Below, in pieces: positions 14,935 to 23,740 of a DNA stretch of 64,000 bases. The DNA comes from an uncultured Acidobacteriota bacterium. Lineage in GTDB: Bacteria; Acidobacteriota; Terriglobia; Acidiferrales; UBA7541. The stretch covers positions 191,976-255,975 of the forward strand of contig CAVUPI010000004.1 of NCBI GenBank assembly GCA_963743335.1. Reading direction: 5' to 3'. Below the pieces are notes generated by a model. It did not search any database. It saw only the letters and a list, made by a program, of their open reading frames with translations, and had not been told where the DNA came from. Made by a program: the position numbers and the translations under genes. The number at the start of each line of letters is the position of its first letter. The stretch's first letter is position 1.

Positions 14935-16044
14935 ATGAGGGAACAGGACAAGGTCAACATCCTGATGGTGGATGATCAGCCTGCCAAGCTGCTCAGTTAC
15001 GAAGCAATTCTAGGCGAGCTTGGCGAGAACCTCATCAAGGCGAACTCCGGCCGCGAGGCGCTGGAATATTTGCTCAAATCGGACATCGCGGTCGTCCTGA
15101 TGGACGTCAGCATGCCCGAGATCGACGGCTTCGAGCTCGCCGAAATGATCCGGCAGCATCCTCGCTTCCAGACCACCGCGATCATTTTCATTTCGGCCGT
15201 CCATCTGACCGACCTCGATCGCCTGAAGGGATACGAACGCGGCGCGGTTGATTACATCTCCGTCCCCGTAATTCCCGAGCTGTTGCGCGCCAAGGTGAGC
15301 ATCTTTGCCGAGCTTCATCGCAAGACCAACCAGCTCAAAGTGCTCAATCGCGAATTGCGGCATCTCTCGGGCAGCCTGATCGCCGCGCAGGACGAAGAGC
15401 GCCGCCGCATCGCTCGCGACCTACACGACGGCCTCGGCCAGGATCTGGCGGCCGCGAAAATGATCGCGGATAGCGTGTTCAGCCAGGACCACATCGCGAA
15501 TCCCACCAAGCAGGCGCTCTCCGACGTGAGTTCGCTGATCGAGCGCGCGATTCAGGAGGTGCGCAGCATCTCCTACCTGCTGCATCCTCCGCTACTCGAC
15601 GAAGTCGGGCTTCCCTCGGCACTGCAGTGGTATCTCGAAGGCGTCACGAAGCGCACCGGCATCGAAACGTCTCTCGAAGCAAAACCGACGGATTTCCCGC
15701 GGCTTTCGCCGGAGCTCGAAACAACGGTCTTCCGCATCGTGCAGGAGGCGCTCACCAACGTCTTCCGCCATTCAGGGGCCCGGAACGCGTGGGTGAGCCT
15801 CACGAAGGACGAGCAACAGGTGATCGGCACCGTCCGCGACGATGGCAAAGGCATCTCGGATCGCACGGCGGAATTTCAACCGGATAGCATCGGCGTCGGA
15901 ATCGGCGGGATGAGGCAGCGCGTGAAAGAATTCGGCGGCGAACTGCTGATACGGAATGCCAATCCGGGGACGGTGCTCGAAGTCGTGATCCCACTCACTT
16001 CTACGGCGGCGCGCTTCGAAGCATCGCCCGCCACGATGGGATAG
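14935..16044 (+). CDS. Receiver-domain-fused HisKA_3-type histidine kinase (REC - coiled coil - HisKA_3 - HATPase_c)
   Basis: Start trimmed to the ATG at 14935, preceded by GGGAGGAG. REC: NILMVDDQP...VVLMDVSMPEIDG...ISAV. HisKA_3 H-box: EERRRIARDLHDGLGQDL. ATPase: EALTNVFRHSGA...DDGKG...GVGIGGMRQR. Confidence 0.85.
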   Translation: MREQDKVNILMVDDQPAKLLSYEAILGELGENLIKANSGREALEYLLKSDIAVVLMDVSMPEIDGFELAEMIRQHPRFQTTAIIFISAVHLTDLDRLKGYERGAVDYISVPVIPELLRAKVSIFAELHRKTNQLKVLNRELRHLSGSLIAAQDEERRRIARDLHDGLGQDLAAAKMIADSVFSQDHIANPTKQALSDVSSLIERAIQEVRSISYLLHPPLLDEVGLPSALQWYLEGVTKRTGIETSLEAKPTDFPRLSPELETTVFRIVQEALTNVFRHSGARNAWVSLTKDEQQVIGTVRDDGKGISDRTAEFQPDSIGVGIGGMRQRVKEFGGELLIRNANPGTVLEVVIPLTSTAARFEASPATMG

Positions 16045-16085
16045 CGCCGTGATTGTTGGAATGCCCTTCAACTTCTCCGCAAACT

Positions 16086-16355
16086 CTAGCGGCTCCCGCC
16101 GTAGTTCTTCTTGAGAATCGCAACCACAATCAACAACAGCGCCACCAGGCGCACCAGATAAATCCACGGGCTCCCTTCATTCGGCTTCTGGAAGAACAGC
16201 AACGCGATCCGGTCCACCGCCTGGATGAAAAAGAAAGCAGCGAACGAGAGGAAGAGGACGTCGCGCGTGCTTCTCCAGAATTTCAGGAAAAACAGGGCGG
16301 CCGTCACCGAGGCCGTCGCAATCACACCGAGCAGAAATCCTTCCAGTGGTGTCAT
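16086..16355 (-). CDS. Small 3-TM membrane protein (DUF5985-like by recollection), paralog of the upstream gene
   Basis: Trimmed to the internal ATG at 16355 (MTPLEGFLLGVIATASVTAALFFLKFW...). Three hydrophobic helices are present. ATGA overlap with the stop of the 16352..16609 gene. Confidence 0.6.
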   Translation of the reverse strand: MTPLEGFLLGVIATASVTAALFFLKFWRSTRDVLFLSFAAFFFIQAVDRIALLFFQKPNEGSPWIYLVRLVALLLIVVAILKKNYGGSR

Positions 16356-16609
16356 TGGCTTTCCCAGATCAGGCCGTAGAGCAGCATGGCCATCGAGATA
16401 GTGGTCGCACAAAGCCGGTAAGGAAAAAGATCGACCGCCGGAAGCACAATCAGATCGACAAATACGAGGGCGCCCGTGATGGCCAGCCCCGCGAAGCAGA
16501 GTCCGCTCCAGAGCAGCAGTTTTCTCCTCCCTCGCGCATATCCCCGCAGCAGCAGGATCGCGCACAGCAGGCTGGTGAGGGATTCCAGGATGTAAACGAT
16601 TTGTGCCAT
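16352..16609 (-). CDS. Small 3-TM membrane protein (DUF5985-like by recollection)
   Basis: 85 aa: MAQIVYILESLTSLLCAILLLRGY...LWSGLCFAGLAITGALVFVDLIVLP...ISMAMLLYGLIWE. It starts 1 nt after the stop of the 16611..17006 gene. Confidence 0.6.
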   Translation of the reverse strand: MAQIVYILESLTSLLCAILLLRGYARGRRKLLLWSGLCFAGLAITGALVFVDLIVLPAVDLFPYRLCATTISMAMLLYGLIWESQ

Positions 16610-16610
16610 G

Positions 16611-17006
16611 TCACTCTCTTTCCTTCTTGAAGCGAAAAGCGCGCGCGAAATCCCGGACGGCCAAAGGCGCTTTCGAATGAATCATCGTCGAGATTCGAAC
16701 CACTTGTTTGCGGTACGTGGCGTCGACCAGTTCGATGATCCGGTCTCTCTCGGGCGATTTTGAGTCGTAGTAATACTGCTCCGCGGGTCCCGGGAAGGTT
16801 ACGACGAGTTCTTCTCGAGTCATATCCTGCAGGAGGGCGCGCGCCGCGTCGCGCTCGGTATACAGCCGCTTGGCCAGATCTTCCGCAGACCACTTGGATG
16901 GCCGGCTATTCCACAGCAGTAGCAATGCCTCGAGATGGGGCACGCTGTCGATCTTGTCGGCGATGAACCGATAGACTTCCGGCTCTTGTTGATTCTCTTG
17001 CGTCAC
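16611..17006 (-). CDS. Hypothetical cytoplasmic protein (131 aa), first gene of a three-gene module
   Basis: ATG ORF with coding-like composition and no TM segment. It is tightly packed with the two membrane-protein genes downstream. No family was recognised. Confidence 0.5.
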   Translation of the reverse strand: MTQENQQEPEVYRFIADKIDSVPHLEALLLLWNSRPSKWSAEDLAKRLYTERDAARALLQDMTREELVVTFPGPAEQYYYDSKSPERDRIIELVDATYRKQVVRISTMIHSKAPLAVRDFARAFRFKKERE

Positions 17007-17141
17007 TGCCCGAGTCCCGGCAACAGGATGGTGATTCCCCCACGCAGGTTAACATACGCATTTGCGGATTTCCGGGCGAATCAGGACAAATTCGCGCGCG
17101 ATTTTCCCGGAATGTAACGAAGAAAAACTTTGTAACGGGGT

Positions 17142-17507
17142 TCAGTCCGCAGGCGCCTCGCCGAGCTTCGGCACGCCGCGCCCGCCCTTGCGTTTCCAGA
17201 CGTAATCCTTCCGCACCTTTTCCTGGTGCTTTTTCGCTTGCACCAGGATTTCGGCGAAAGCCGTCTTGGCCGCACCGAGCACGTCGGCGCCATGTCCCGT
17301 GGCGTGCAGCTTTCCTGTGGGCAATGCGAGATGCAGCGAAAAATCGAAGCCGGTTTTTCGCGGCGCCTCTTCCATCGACGCGTGCAGTTGCAACGAATCC
17401 GGCTGGTAGTGTTTCAGCAGCCGGTCCAGCTTTGAGACTTGGTGCGCAAATTCCGTTTCAATTGCCTCGCGAAAGCGGAGTTCGATTTGACTGTATGTGA
17501 TTTTCAT
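17142..17507 (-). CDS. HPF/RaiA-like ribosome-associated protein (tentative)
   Basis: 121 aa. MKITYSQIELRFREAIETEF...LHLALPTGKLHATGHGADVLGAAKTAFAEILVQAKKHQEKVRKD parallels the E. coli HPF pattern (..[38 protein letters not shown]). Recognised by eye only. Confidence 0.5.
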   Translation of the reverse strand: MKITYSQIELRFREAIETEFAHQVSKLDRLLKHYQPDSLQLHASMEEAPRKTGFDFSLHLALPTGKLHATGHGADVLGAAKTAFAEILVQAKKHQEKVRKDYVWKRKGGRGVPKLGEAPAD

Positions 17508-17711
17508 GTGAGCGCCTCGTGTTCATCTAGTGGCGGCCTGAAGGGGCAGACGCTTGCGGCAATTCCAGAATAGCCCTTGGTGTGGGCGGTTGCAACCGTC
17601 GATTCCCTTCCATTGCAGGGGGCCCGGCGCGCCAAGATACCCAGTGCCCCCGATTGACACTCCCGCGGCAGGCGTCATACGCTCGTCAGGATTCAAGCGT
17701 GCAATCGATCG

Positions 17712-18647
17712 TTGCCTCCATCCGACAAATCCCGCAAAGCTGCTGCCGAGCCCGGATCGGGCCGCATCCTCGTCGGCCCGGCTGGGTGGTCCTACTCCGA
17801 CTGGAACGGCATCCTGTACCCCTCGCCGCGCCCGCGTGGCTTTCACGAGGCAACGTACCTCGCCGAATTCTTCGACACGATCGAAATCAACACGTCCTTC
17901 TATAATCCGCTTCGGCCCGAACTCGCCACCCAATGGCTCGACCGCGTCTCCGCGAATCCGCGCTTCCTTTTCACCGCTAAGCTCTGGCAGAAATTCACGC
18001 ACGAAGAAGACGCAACCGCTGAGGATGTAAAGACCGTCCGCGCCGGCTTCGATCCGCTGCACCGCGCCGGACATCTGGGCGCGGTCCTGCTGCAATTTCC
18101 TTTTTCGTTTCACAACACGCCCGAAAATCTCGCGCGGCTCACCCGCATTCTTTCCGACTTTGGCGAATATCCGCTGGTCGTCGAAGTGCGCCATTCGTCC
18201 TGGGCGCAGCCCGAGTTCTATCATTTCCTCCACGAACGCCACGCCGGAATCTGCAACATCGACCAGCCGATCATCGGCCGCTCGATCAAGCCGGGCGAAC
18301 GCGCCACATCCGCGATCGGCTACGTCCGCCTGCACGGCCGCCGCCACGACACGTGGTTCAGCGACGATCCTGAGCTTCCCAGCCACGAACGCTACAACTA
18401 TCTCTACAGCGAAGAAGAACTCGAGCCCTGGGCGCAACGCATCCGCCACATCGCAGCACACGCGGAGACGACCTTCGTTGTCACCAACAATCACTACGAA
18501 GCCAAGGGCGTCGTAAACGCGCTCCAGCTGATCCATTTGCTCGACGGCAGTAAAGTGAAGGTTCCCGAAACGCTCCGCCACCACTACCCGCAGCTCGAAT
18601 CCATCGCCGACGCTCCGCCGCAAGAGCCCATGCTCTTTCCCACGTAG
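17712..18647 (+). CDS. DUF72 (UPF0759) family protein
   Basis: ILVGPAGWSYSDWNGILYP....FFDTIEINTSFY...LLQFPFSF...VEVRHSSW is the characteristic DUF72 pattern. TTG at 17712 is the only in-frame start near the conserved N-terminus. Confidence 0.8.
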   Translation: MPPSDKSRKAAAEPGSGRILVGPAGWSYSDWNGILYPSPRPRGFHEATYLAEFFDTIEINTSFYNPLRPELATQWLDRVSANPRFLFTAKLWQKFTHEEDATAEDVKTVRAGFDPLHRAGHLGAVLLQFPFSFHNTPENLARLTRILSDFGEYPLVVEVRHSSWAQPEFYHFLHERHAGICNIDQPIIGRSIKPGERATSAIGYVRLHGRRHDTWFSDDPELPSHERYNYLYSEEELEPWAQRIRHIAAHAETTFVVTNNHYEAKGVVNALQLIHLLDGSKVKVPETLRHHYPQLESIADAPPQEPMLFPT

Positions 18648-18745
18648 TCAGGAGAGCTTCCGCCGCAGCCTCGCGCGCCAAGCCGAGCGGGCACACGTAT
18701 CCTGTGGCGCGTGTCAGAGCCGGTTTTCAGAGGGAAAAGTGACAG

Positions 18746-19222
18746 CTACTTCTTGAAGAGATCTTCGAAGGCCTTGCGTGCGTCGTTGGGCCGTGCGGCG
18801 GTCGTTGCGACCGGAGCAGCGCTCGCGTAATTCACTGGCGACGTATCTTTTTCGATCGTGACCCGAAAATCGAAAAACTTGCAATCGTTCTTCGCGTCCT
18901 TCTTCGCAACCCTCTCCGTGATCGGTTCCGTGCATTCGAACTGCTTCCCCGTATCGAAATGCACGCATTGCTTGCACGAATGCAGCTCGAACTGGCAGCG
19001 CGGGCACTGCGAATTGAGGTCGAAGCCCGGAGCCAGCACCGCGCCGCAGTTCGAACACCTCGCCCGCGACACCGTACCGACCATTCGCGGCGTCCGCGGC
19101 CCCAGCATATCCTGCTTGGGACGCGGCGGCTGCGGCGGCCGATCGGCGCGCTCCGCCCGCTCGCGCTTCTTATCTTCCGCTTCGCGGTCGCTATAACCCC
19201 TTTGCCTATACTTCCGCTCCAT
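18746..19222 (-). CDS. Hypothetical zinc-ribbon protein with a Lys/Arg/Glu-rich N-terminus
   Basis: 158 aa. AGGAGG lies upstream of the ATG. Cys pairs: CSNCG..CPRC..CKQC..C. Confidence 0.6.
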   Translation of the reverse strand: MERKYRQRGYSDREAEDKKRERAERADRPPQPPRPKQDMLGPRTPRMVGTVSRARCSNCGAVLAPGFDLNSQCPRCQFELHSCKQCVHFDTGKQFECTEPITERVAKKDAKNDCKFFDFRVTIEKDTSPVNYASAAPVATTAARPNDARKAFEDLFKK

Positions 19223-19347
19223 GAATACCTCCTGGCGGGATTGATTCCATCATACTCTGAAACATGGCCTATCCATCCTGTTCTTCGCCGCCCGTGTGAC
19301 AGGGTAATGAATTCTCGTCGGCGCTTTCATTTCGTGATTGGGCTCGT

Positions 19348-20787
19348 TCACGAGAGAGAGGCCTGCGTTCGCTTTGCCCAAACCTTTGAAAGCCCTTCGA
19401 ACGCCACATCCGCCTGCACGAATTTTCTCGGTTCGCCGAAACTCGCGAGCGTCTCTTCGGCTGCCAGATAACCGCTGCGCACCGCACCTTCCATCGTGGC
19501 CGGCCATCCGGTGCGTGTCCAATCGCCCGCGAGAAACATGCCCGCCACCCCGGTTTTCTGCGCCGGGCGCCACTGGTCGACTCCCGGCTCAGGCGAAAAC
19601 GTCGCGTGGACTTCCTTGATCACCGTCGCTTTTTCGAGCTTCGCATCGCGGGTCCCGGGAAGCACTTCCTCGAGTTCCCGCCGGCAGAGGTCGATGATGT
19701 CCTGCCGCGACCGCGGCACCAGGTCATATGACGCGCTAATCACGAGCTGAAGGTACTGGCCTTTTGGCGGCCCGTCGCCGTTCGTGCCCGCATGCGCGTA
19801 CAGCAGCGACTTATTGAAAATCCACTGCGTCGTATGATCCAGCAGCGCCAGAAATGGCTCCTTCATCACCACGCGGTCAAACCACAAGTGCACGCCCGTA
19901 ATCGGCGACGTCCGGATGTGCTGCAGGCCGGCCAGCATCCCGCCTTCTTCGCCCATCGCCGCGGGCAGCATTCCCAGCAGGACGTCGTGCGGCACCGCCG
20001 CCACGCACGCATCCGCCGCAATCTCGGTCCCGTCTTCGAGCACGGCGCCGGCAAACCGGTTCTCACGGACGCGAATTTCCCGCACTCCGCAGCGAAGCCT
20101 TACTTCTCCGCCCTTGCGCACGATGGCGTCGCGGCAACCCTCATGCAGCTCGCCCAGCGGCACGGAAGGAATCCCGACGCGATATCCGCCGCGGCTCCCG
20201 AGAAACGCCTTCCAGAAAACGTCGATGCCGTATCGCGCGTCCATCCGCGAAAGCTCTTCGTCCAGCGCGCTCACCAATACGACGCGCCAGAACCGCTCGA
20301 TCGCGTCCGGCGTCTGCCGCATTCGATGCAGCCAGTCGAGCATCGTGACGCCGTCGCTCTTGGGCGGCTTCCCGCCGGCCCGCGCGATCGCCATCAGCGC
20401 CTTGGCGATGCCAGCCTTATCCGCAAGCCCCAGCGCCCCGAAACCCAGGAACGACGGCGCCATGTGCAGCGGCGGCGGCAGCATCGAAGCCTGGATCGTC
20501 GACCGGTGGCCTTCGCGATCCGCGAAATACAGCCGGTCGTAGAACCGGATCTTCCCGTCCGCGCCCGCGCGCCGGTAAAAGTCGGCGAGGTTCGTGCAGC
20601 ACCCGAGCGTCACGTGCTGGCAATTGTCGACTTCGCTGCCGTCGGGCAGCGTATAGGAAGTGGCTCGTCCGCCCAGGTGTGGACGCTTTTCGAAAAGCCG
20701 GACTTTGAGTCCCGATTCAGCCAGCGCGACGGCGCAGGCCAAACCCGCCAGACCGCCGCCGATCACCAGAACGCTTTGCGAGGACAT
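19348..20787 (-). CDS. hpnE: Hydroxysqualene dehydroxylase HpnE (FAD-dependent amine-oxidase fold)
   Basis: N-terminal dinucleotide-binding motif VLVIGGGLAGLACAVALAESG..V.LFE. It lies immediately downstream of the squalene-synthase-like genes in the hopanoid operon. Confidence 0.85.
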   Translation of the reverse strand: MSSQSVLVIGGGLAGLACAVALAESGLKVRLFEKRPHLGGRATSYTLPDGSEVDNCQHVTLGCCTNLADFYRRAGADGKIRFYDRLYFADREGHRSTIQASMLPPPLHMAPSFLGFGALGLADKAGIAKALMAIARAGGKPPKSDGVTMLDWLHRMRQTPDAIERFWRVVLVSALDEELSRMDARYGIDVFWKAFLGSRGGYRVGIPSVPLGELHEGCRDAIVRKGGEVRLRCGVREIRVRENRFAGAVLEDGTEIAADACVAAVPHDVLLGMLPAAMGEEGGMLAGLQHIRTSPITGVHLWFDRVVMKEPFLALLDHTTQWIFNKSLLYAHAGTNGDGPPKGQYLQLVISASYDLVPRSRQDIIDLCRRELEEVLPGTRDAKLEKATVIKEVHATFSPEPGVDQWRPAQKTGVAGMFLAGDWTRTGWPATMEGAVRSGYLAAEETLASFGEPRKFVQADVAFEGLSKVWAKRTQASLS

Positions 20788-22654
20788 CCCTTTTCCACCC
20801 GATGCGTGCGGTCAGTAGATACTGGACTTTCTCGGTGCTCGACAGGGACACGCGAGAGGAAAACACGTCGAAGCCGCGCTCTTCGATGCGCGCGAGCAGC
20901 GTGCTGTACGTCCGGATCAGCGCCGCGAGAGTTGCCCGGCTGTCCGCATCCACCTGATTCACGAGCGGCGCGCCTTCTTCATAGAGCCGCCACGCCCGTT
21001 CCGATTCGAACGCCAGCAGATCGCGCAGCCCCGCCGTGAGCGGCCCTCGTAGGTCGGCCGAAGCACACCCGAAACGTTGGATGTCCTCATCCGGCAGGTA
21101 GATGCGGCCCATCTCGAAATCGGCCCGCACGTCGCGCAAGATGTTCGTCAACTGGAACGCAAGCCCGAGCCGCTCGGCCAGGTCCGGCGAGCGCGGATCG
21201 CGGAAGCCGAAAACATACAGGCACGTCAGCCCTACCGTGCCCGCCACCCGGTAGCAATATTCAGAGAGCCGGTCAAATGTCGCATACGACGAGACCGTCA
21301 GGTCCATCTCCGCGCCCGAGACCAAATCGTGGAAGTAGCGCGTCGGAATCTCGAATCGCGCGATCGTATCGGCAAGCGCCGGCAGAACCGGATGTCCGAC
21401 GGTGTTACCCCCCGCCGCTTCGTCCAGCTTGGCGCGCCATTGCGCCAGCCCTCGGCGCTTCGATTCGAGGTCGCCCGGCTCGTCCGACACGTCGTCCACC
21501 AACCGCATGAAAGCGTACAGCGCGCAAAGGGCATCGCGCTTCGGCTTGGGCAGTCCGAAGAACGCGAGATAAAAGCTGCTGCGCGACGCGCGCGTGATCC
21601 GGTTGCATTCCGCATAGGACGCTCTTACCGCTCCGGTATCCGTCGGCGATCGCATCGTATGAACGCCCGACGGAATAGCGCCGTGCGAACTCTCGCCGGA
21701 TGCCGTAATCCGCGAAGCGCCGCTCGCACCGTCGTCGGAGCCCCTACCCGTGAACGCTCGCCGCGCGAGCGCCCCGCCCAGCAATCCCAGTTGCCTGAAT
21801 TTCGAAATGGACGGGCGTCGCTCGAGCGTGTTGTACCCCGATTGCTCGATCGCATCCAGTACGGCCAAGCCGCCGCGGCTGAACATCTCGATATCGACGC
21901 GTAGCGCCCCTTCCAGCCGCTCCGCCAGCGGCAGGCCCGCGGCAAACAATTCCCGCGTCCGCGCGATCAGCGACTTCATCAGCGTGACGTAACGCTCGTC
22001 AAAGTGGCGCCCGGTAATATCAGCCTCGGTCAAACCGTGCGCAGCCAAAGCGTCGAGCGGGATGTAAACGCGTCCCTTTTCGAGGTCGCGCGAAACGTCC
22101 TGCCAGAAATTCGCCAGCTGCAGCGCCGTGCACGTAAAATCCGATAGCCGCTGTCGCTCCGCGTCGCGATAGCCGCAAAGATACAGCACCAACCGCCCGA
22201 CGGGATTCGCCGAATAGACGCAATATCCCAGCACGTCGTCCCACGTGGCGTAGCGGCGCACCACTTGATCATGGCGGAACGCGCGCAGCAAATTGCTGAA
22301 CGGCTCGACCGGAATATCCTTCGCGCGAATCGTCTCCCGCAGCGCGATCAACACCGGATGCGAAGGCCGCCGCCCCGGCTCGTAGATCAGCCGAAGCTCT
22401 TCCTCCCAAGCGTCGAGCAATTCCAGCGCCCGGGCGCGATCCAGCACCTCATCGCCCAGATCATCCGACCAGCGGCAATACGCATACACGTTGTAGAAAT
22501 GCTGGTGGAGATGCCGGGGCAGCAGCCACGAAACCACGCTGAAATTCTCGTAGTGGTGCGTCGCGAGCCAGCGCGTATAGCGCTGGGCCTCCTCCGCCGC
22601 GCATCCTTGCGCGGGGAGATTGCGCGCAATCTCCAATTCAGGTGTTGGCAGCAT
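20717..22654 (-). CDS. hpnCD: Fused HpnC-HpnD: hydroxysqualene synthase plus presqualene diphosphate synthase, two squalene/phytoene-synthase domains (645 aa)
   Basis: The N-terminal domain has HHYENFSVVSWLLP...YAYCRWSDDLGDE (HpnC-like). A Gly/Ser-rich linker of ~35 aa follows. The C-terminal domain has SSFYLAFFGLPKPKRDALCALYAFMRLVDDVSDE (HpnD-like). This is a single uninterrupted frame. The last 71 nt overlap hpnE. Confidence 0.85.
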   Translation of the reverse strand: MLPTPELEIARNLPAQGCAAEEAQRYTRWLATHHYENFSVVSWLLPRHLHQHFYNVYAYCRWSDDLGDEVLDRARALELLDAWEEELRLIYEPGRRPSHPVLIALRETIRAKDIPVEPFSNLLRAFRHDQVVRRYATWDDVLGYCVYSANPVGRLVLYLCGYRDAERQRLSDFTCTALQLANFWQDVSRDLEKGRVYIPLDALAAHGLTEADITGRHFDERYVTLMKSLIARTRELFAAGLPLAERLEGALRVDIEMFSRGGLAVLDAIEQSGYNTLERRPSISKFRQLGLLGGALARRAFTGRGSDDGASGASRITASGESSHGAIPSGVHTMRSPTDTGAVRASYAECNRITRASRSSFYLAFFGLPKPKRDALCALYAFMRLVDDVSDEPGDLESKRRGLAQWRAKLDEAAGGNTVGHPVLPALADTIARFEIPTRYFHDLVSGAEMDLTVSSYATFDRLSEYCYRVAGTVGLTCLYVFGFRDPRSPDLAERLGLAFQLTNILRDVRADFEMGRIYLPDEDIQRFGCASADLRGPLTAGLRDLLAFESERAWRLYEEGAPLVNQVDADSRATLAALIRTYSTLLARIEERGFDVFSSRVSLSSTEKVQYLLTARIGWKRDVLAKRSGDRRRSGGFGLRRRAG

Positions 22655-22678
22655 GAAACCTAACGCCGGGGACAGCGC

Positions 22679-23740
22679 TCAGGGGATGACGGCTGTCTTC
22701 AACTCGCCGTTCCGGTTCTTCATATGCTCGAAGACGCGAGGAAGGTCCGCGAGCGGCACTTCGCCGGTAATGAAATCGCGAGCGCGAATCTCGCCGCGCG
22801 CGATCGTGTCGAGAGCCTCGCGGATAAACCGCGGCGTGTGATGGAACGTCGATTTGATCGTGATCTCGGAATAGTGCAGCGCCCACGGATCGATCTTCAC
22901 TTCCGTTCCCTTCGCGCAACCCGCGAAGAGATTCACCGTGCCGCCCTTGCGGACCATTTCGAGCGCCCACTGCCAGGTAATCGGCTGGCCGGCCGCTTCG
23001 ATCACGGCATCCGCGCCGCGTCCGCCTTCGGTCAGCTCCCTCACCCGGCTTACCGGGTTATCGATCTCGGAGACGTCAAACGCCGCATGCGCTCCAAACC
23101 GCTCGGCCGCCTGCTTGCGCACCGCGCGCCGCGCCACCGCGATCACGCGCACCTTGCGCTGCGAAAGAATCCGTATGAATTCGAGTCCGATCGGCCCGCA
23201 GCCGATCACCACCACCGTATCGCCTGCCTTGATGCCGGTCTCGTGAATTCCGCGCAGCACGCACGCCAGCGGCTCGACCATCGCCGCGTCGAGGAACGAC
23301 ATCCCGTCGGGAATCTCCAGCATGTTCTCGCGGACGATGCGTCCGGGAATGCGAATGTATTCCGCGTACGCGCCGTTATTGAAAAGAAGGTCTTCGCAGA
23401 GGTTCGGCTGGCCCTTCTTGCAGTAGAAACAGACGTTGCACGGCGCCGAATTCGCCGGCACCACGCGCATTCCCTTGTGAACGCCTCCGTTCACCTTGCG
23501 GCCCTGATCCTCAATGATTCCCGCGCATTCGTGCCCAAAGAGCGCCGGCGGCTGAATCATGCGCGCGTGAAATCCCTGCTTCCAAACTTTGAGATCCGTG
23601 CCGCACGTGAGCGCCACCGACACCCGCACCAGCACTTCGTCGTCGGCAATCTGCGGCTTTTCGACGCGCTCGATCTTCACATCTTCGCGGCCGTACAACA
23701 CTGCCGCGGTCATGTGCCCGTTTCTATCTGCCTCTCTCAT
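22679..23740 (-). CDS. Zn-dependent medium-chain dehydrogenase/reductase (sorbitol/threonine dehydrogenase-like)
   Basis: Catalytic-Zn ligands CGTD...GHE. Structural Zn site CNVCFYCKKGQPNLC. NAD(P) site GCGPIG. The ATG at 23740 overlaps the upstream stop (ATGA). An alternative ATG lies at 23713. Confidence 0.85.
   Translation of the reverse strand: MREADRNGHMTAAVLYGREDVKIERVEKPQIADDEVLVRVSVALTCGTDLKVWKQGFHARMIQPPALFGHECAGIIEDQGRKVNGGVHKGMRVVPANSAPCNVCFYCKKGQPNLCEDLLFNNGAYAEYIRIPGRIVRENMLEIPDGMSFLDAAMVEPLACVLRGIHETGIKAGDTVVVIGCGPIGLEFIRILSQRKVRVIAVARRAVRKQAAERFGAHAAFDVSEIDNPVSRVRELTEGGRGADAVIEAAGQPITWQWALEMVRKGGTVNLFAGCAKGTEVKIDPWALHYSEITIKSTFHHTPRFIREALDTIARGEIRARDFITGEVPLADLPRVFEHMKNRNGELKTAVIP

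Noticed and set aside
20717-20787. The 71-nt overlap between hpnCD and hpnE as evidence of a frameshift or pseudogene.
   Set aside because: Both frames are intact. The hpnE N-terminus carries the expected GxGxxG right after its ATG. The overlapped hpnCD tail lies beyond the conserved synthase domain, so the overlap is a late natural stop rather than a disruption.
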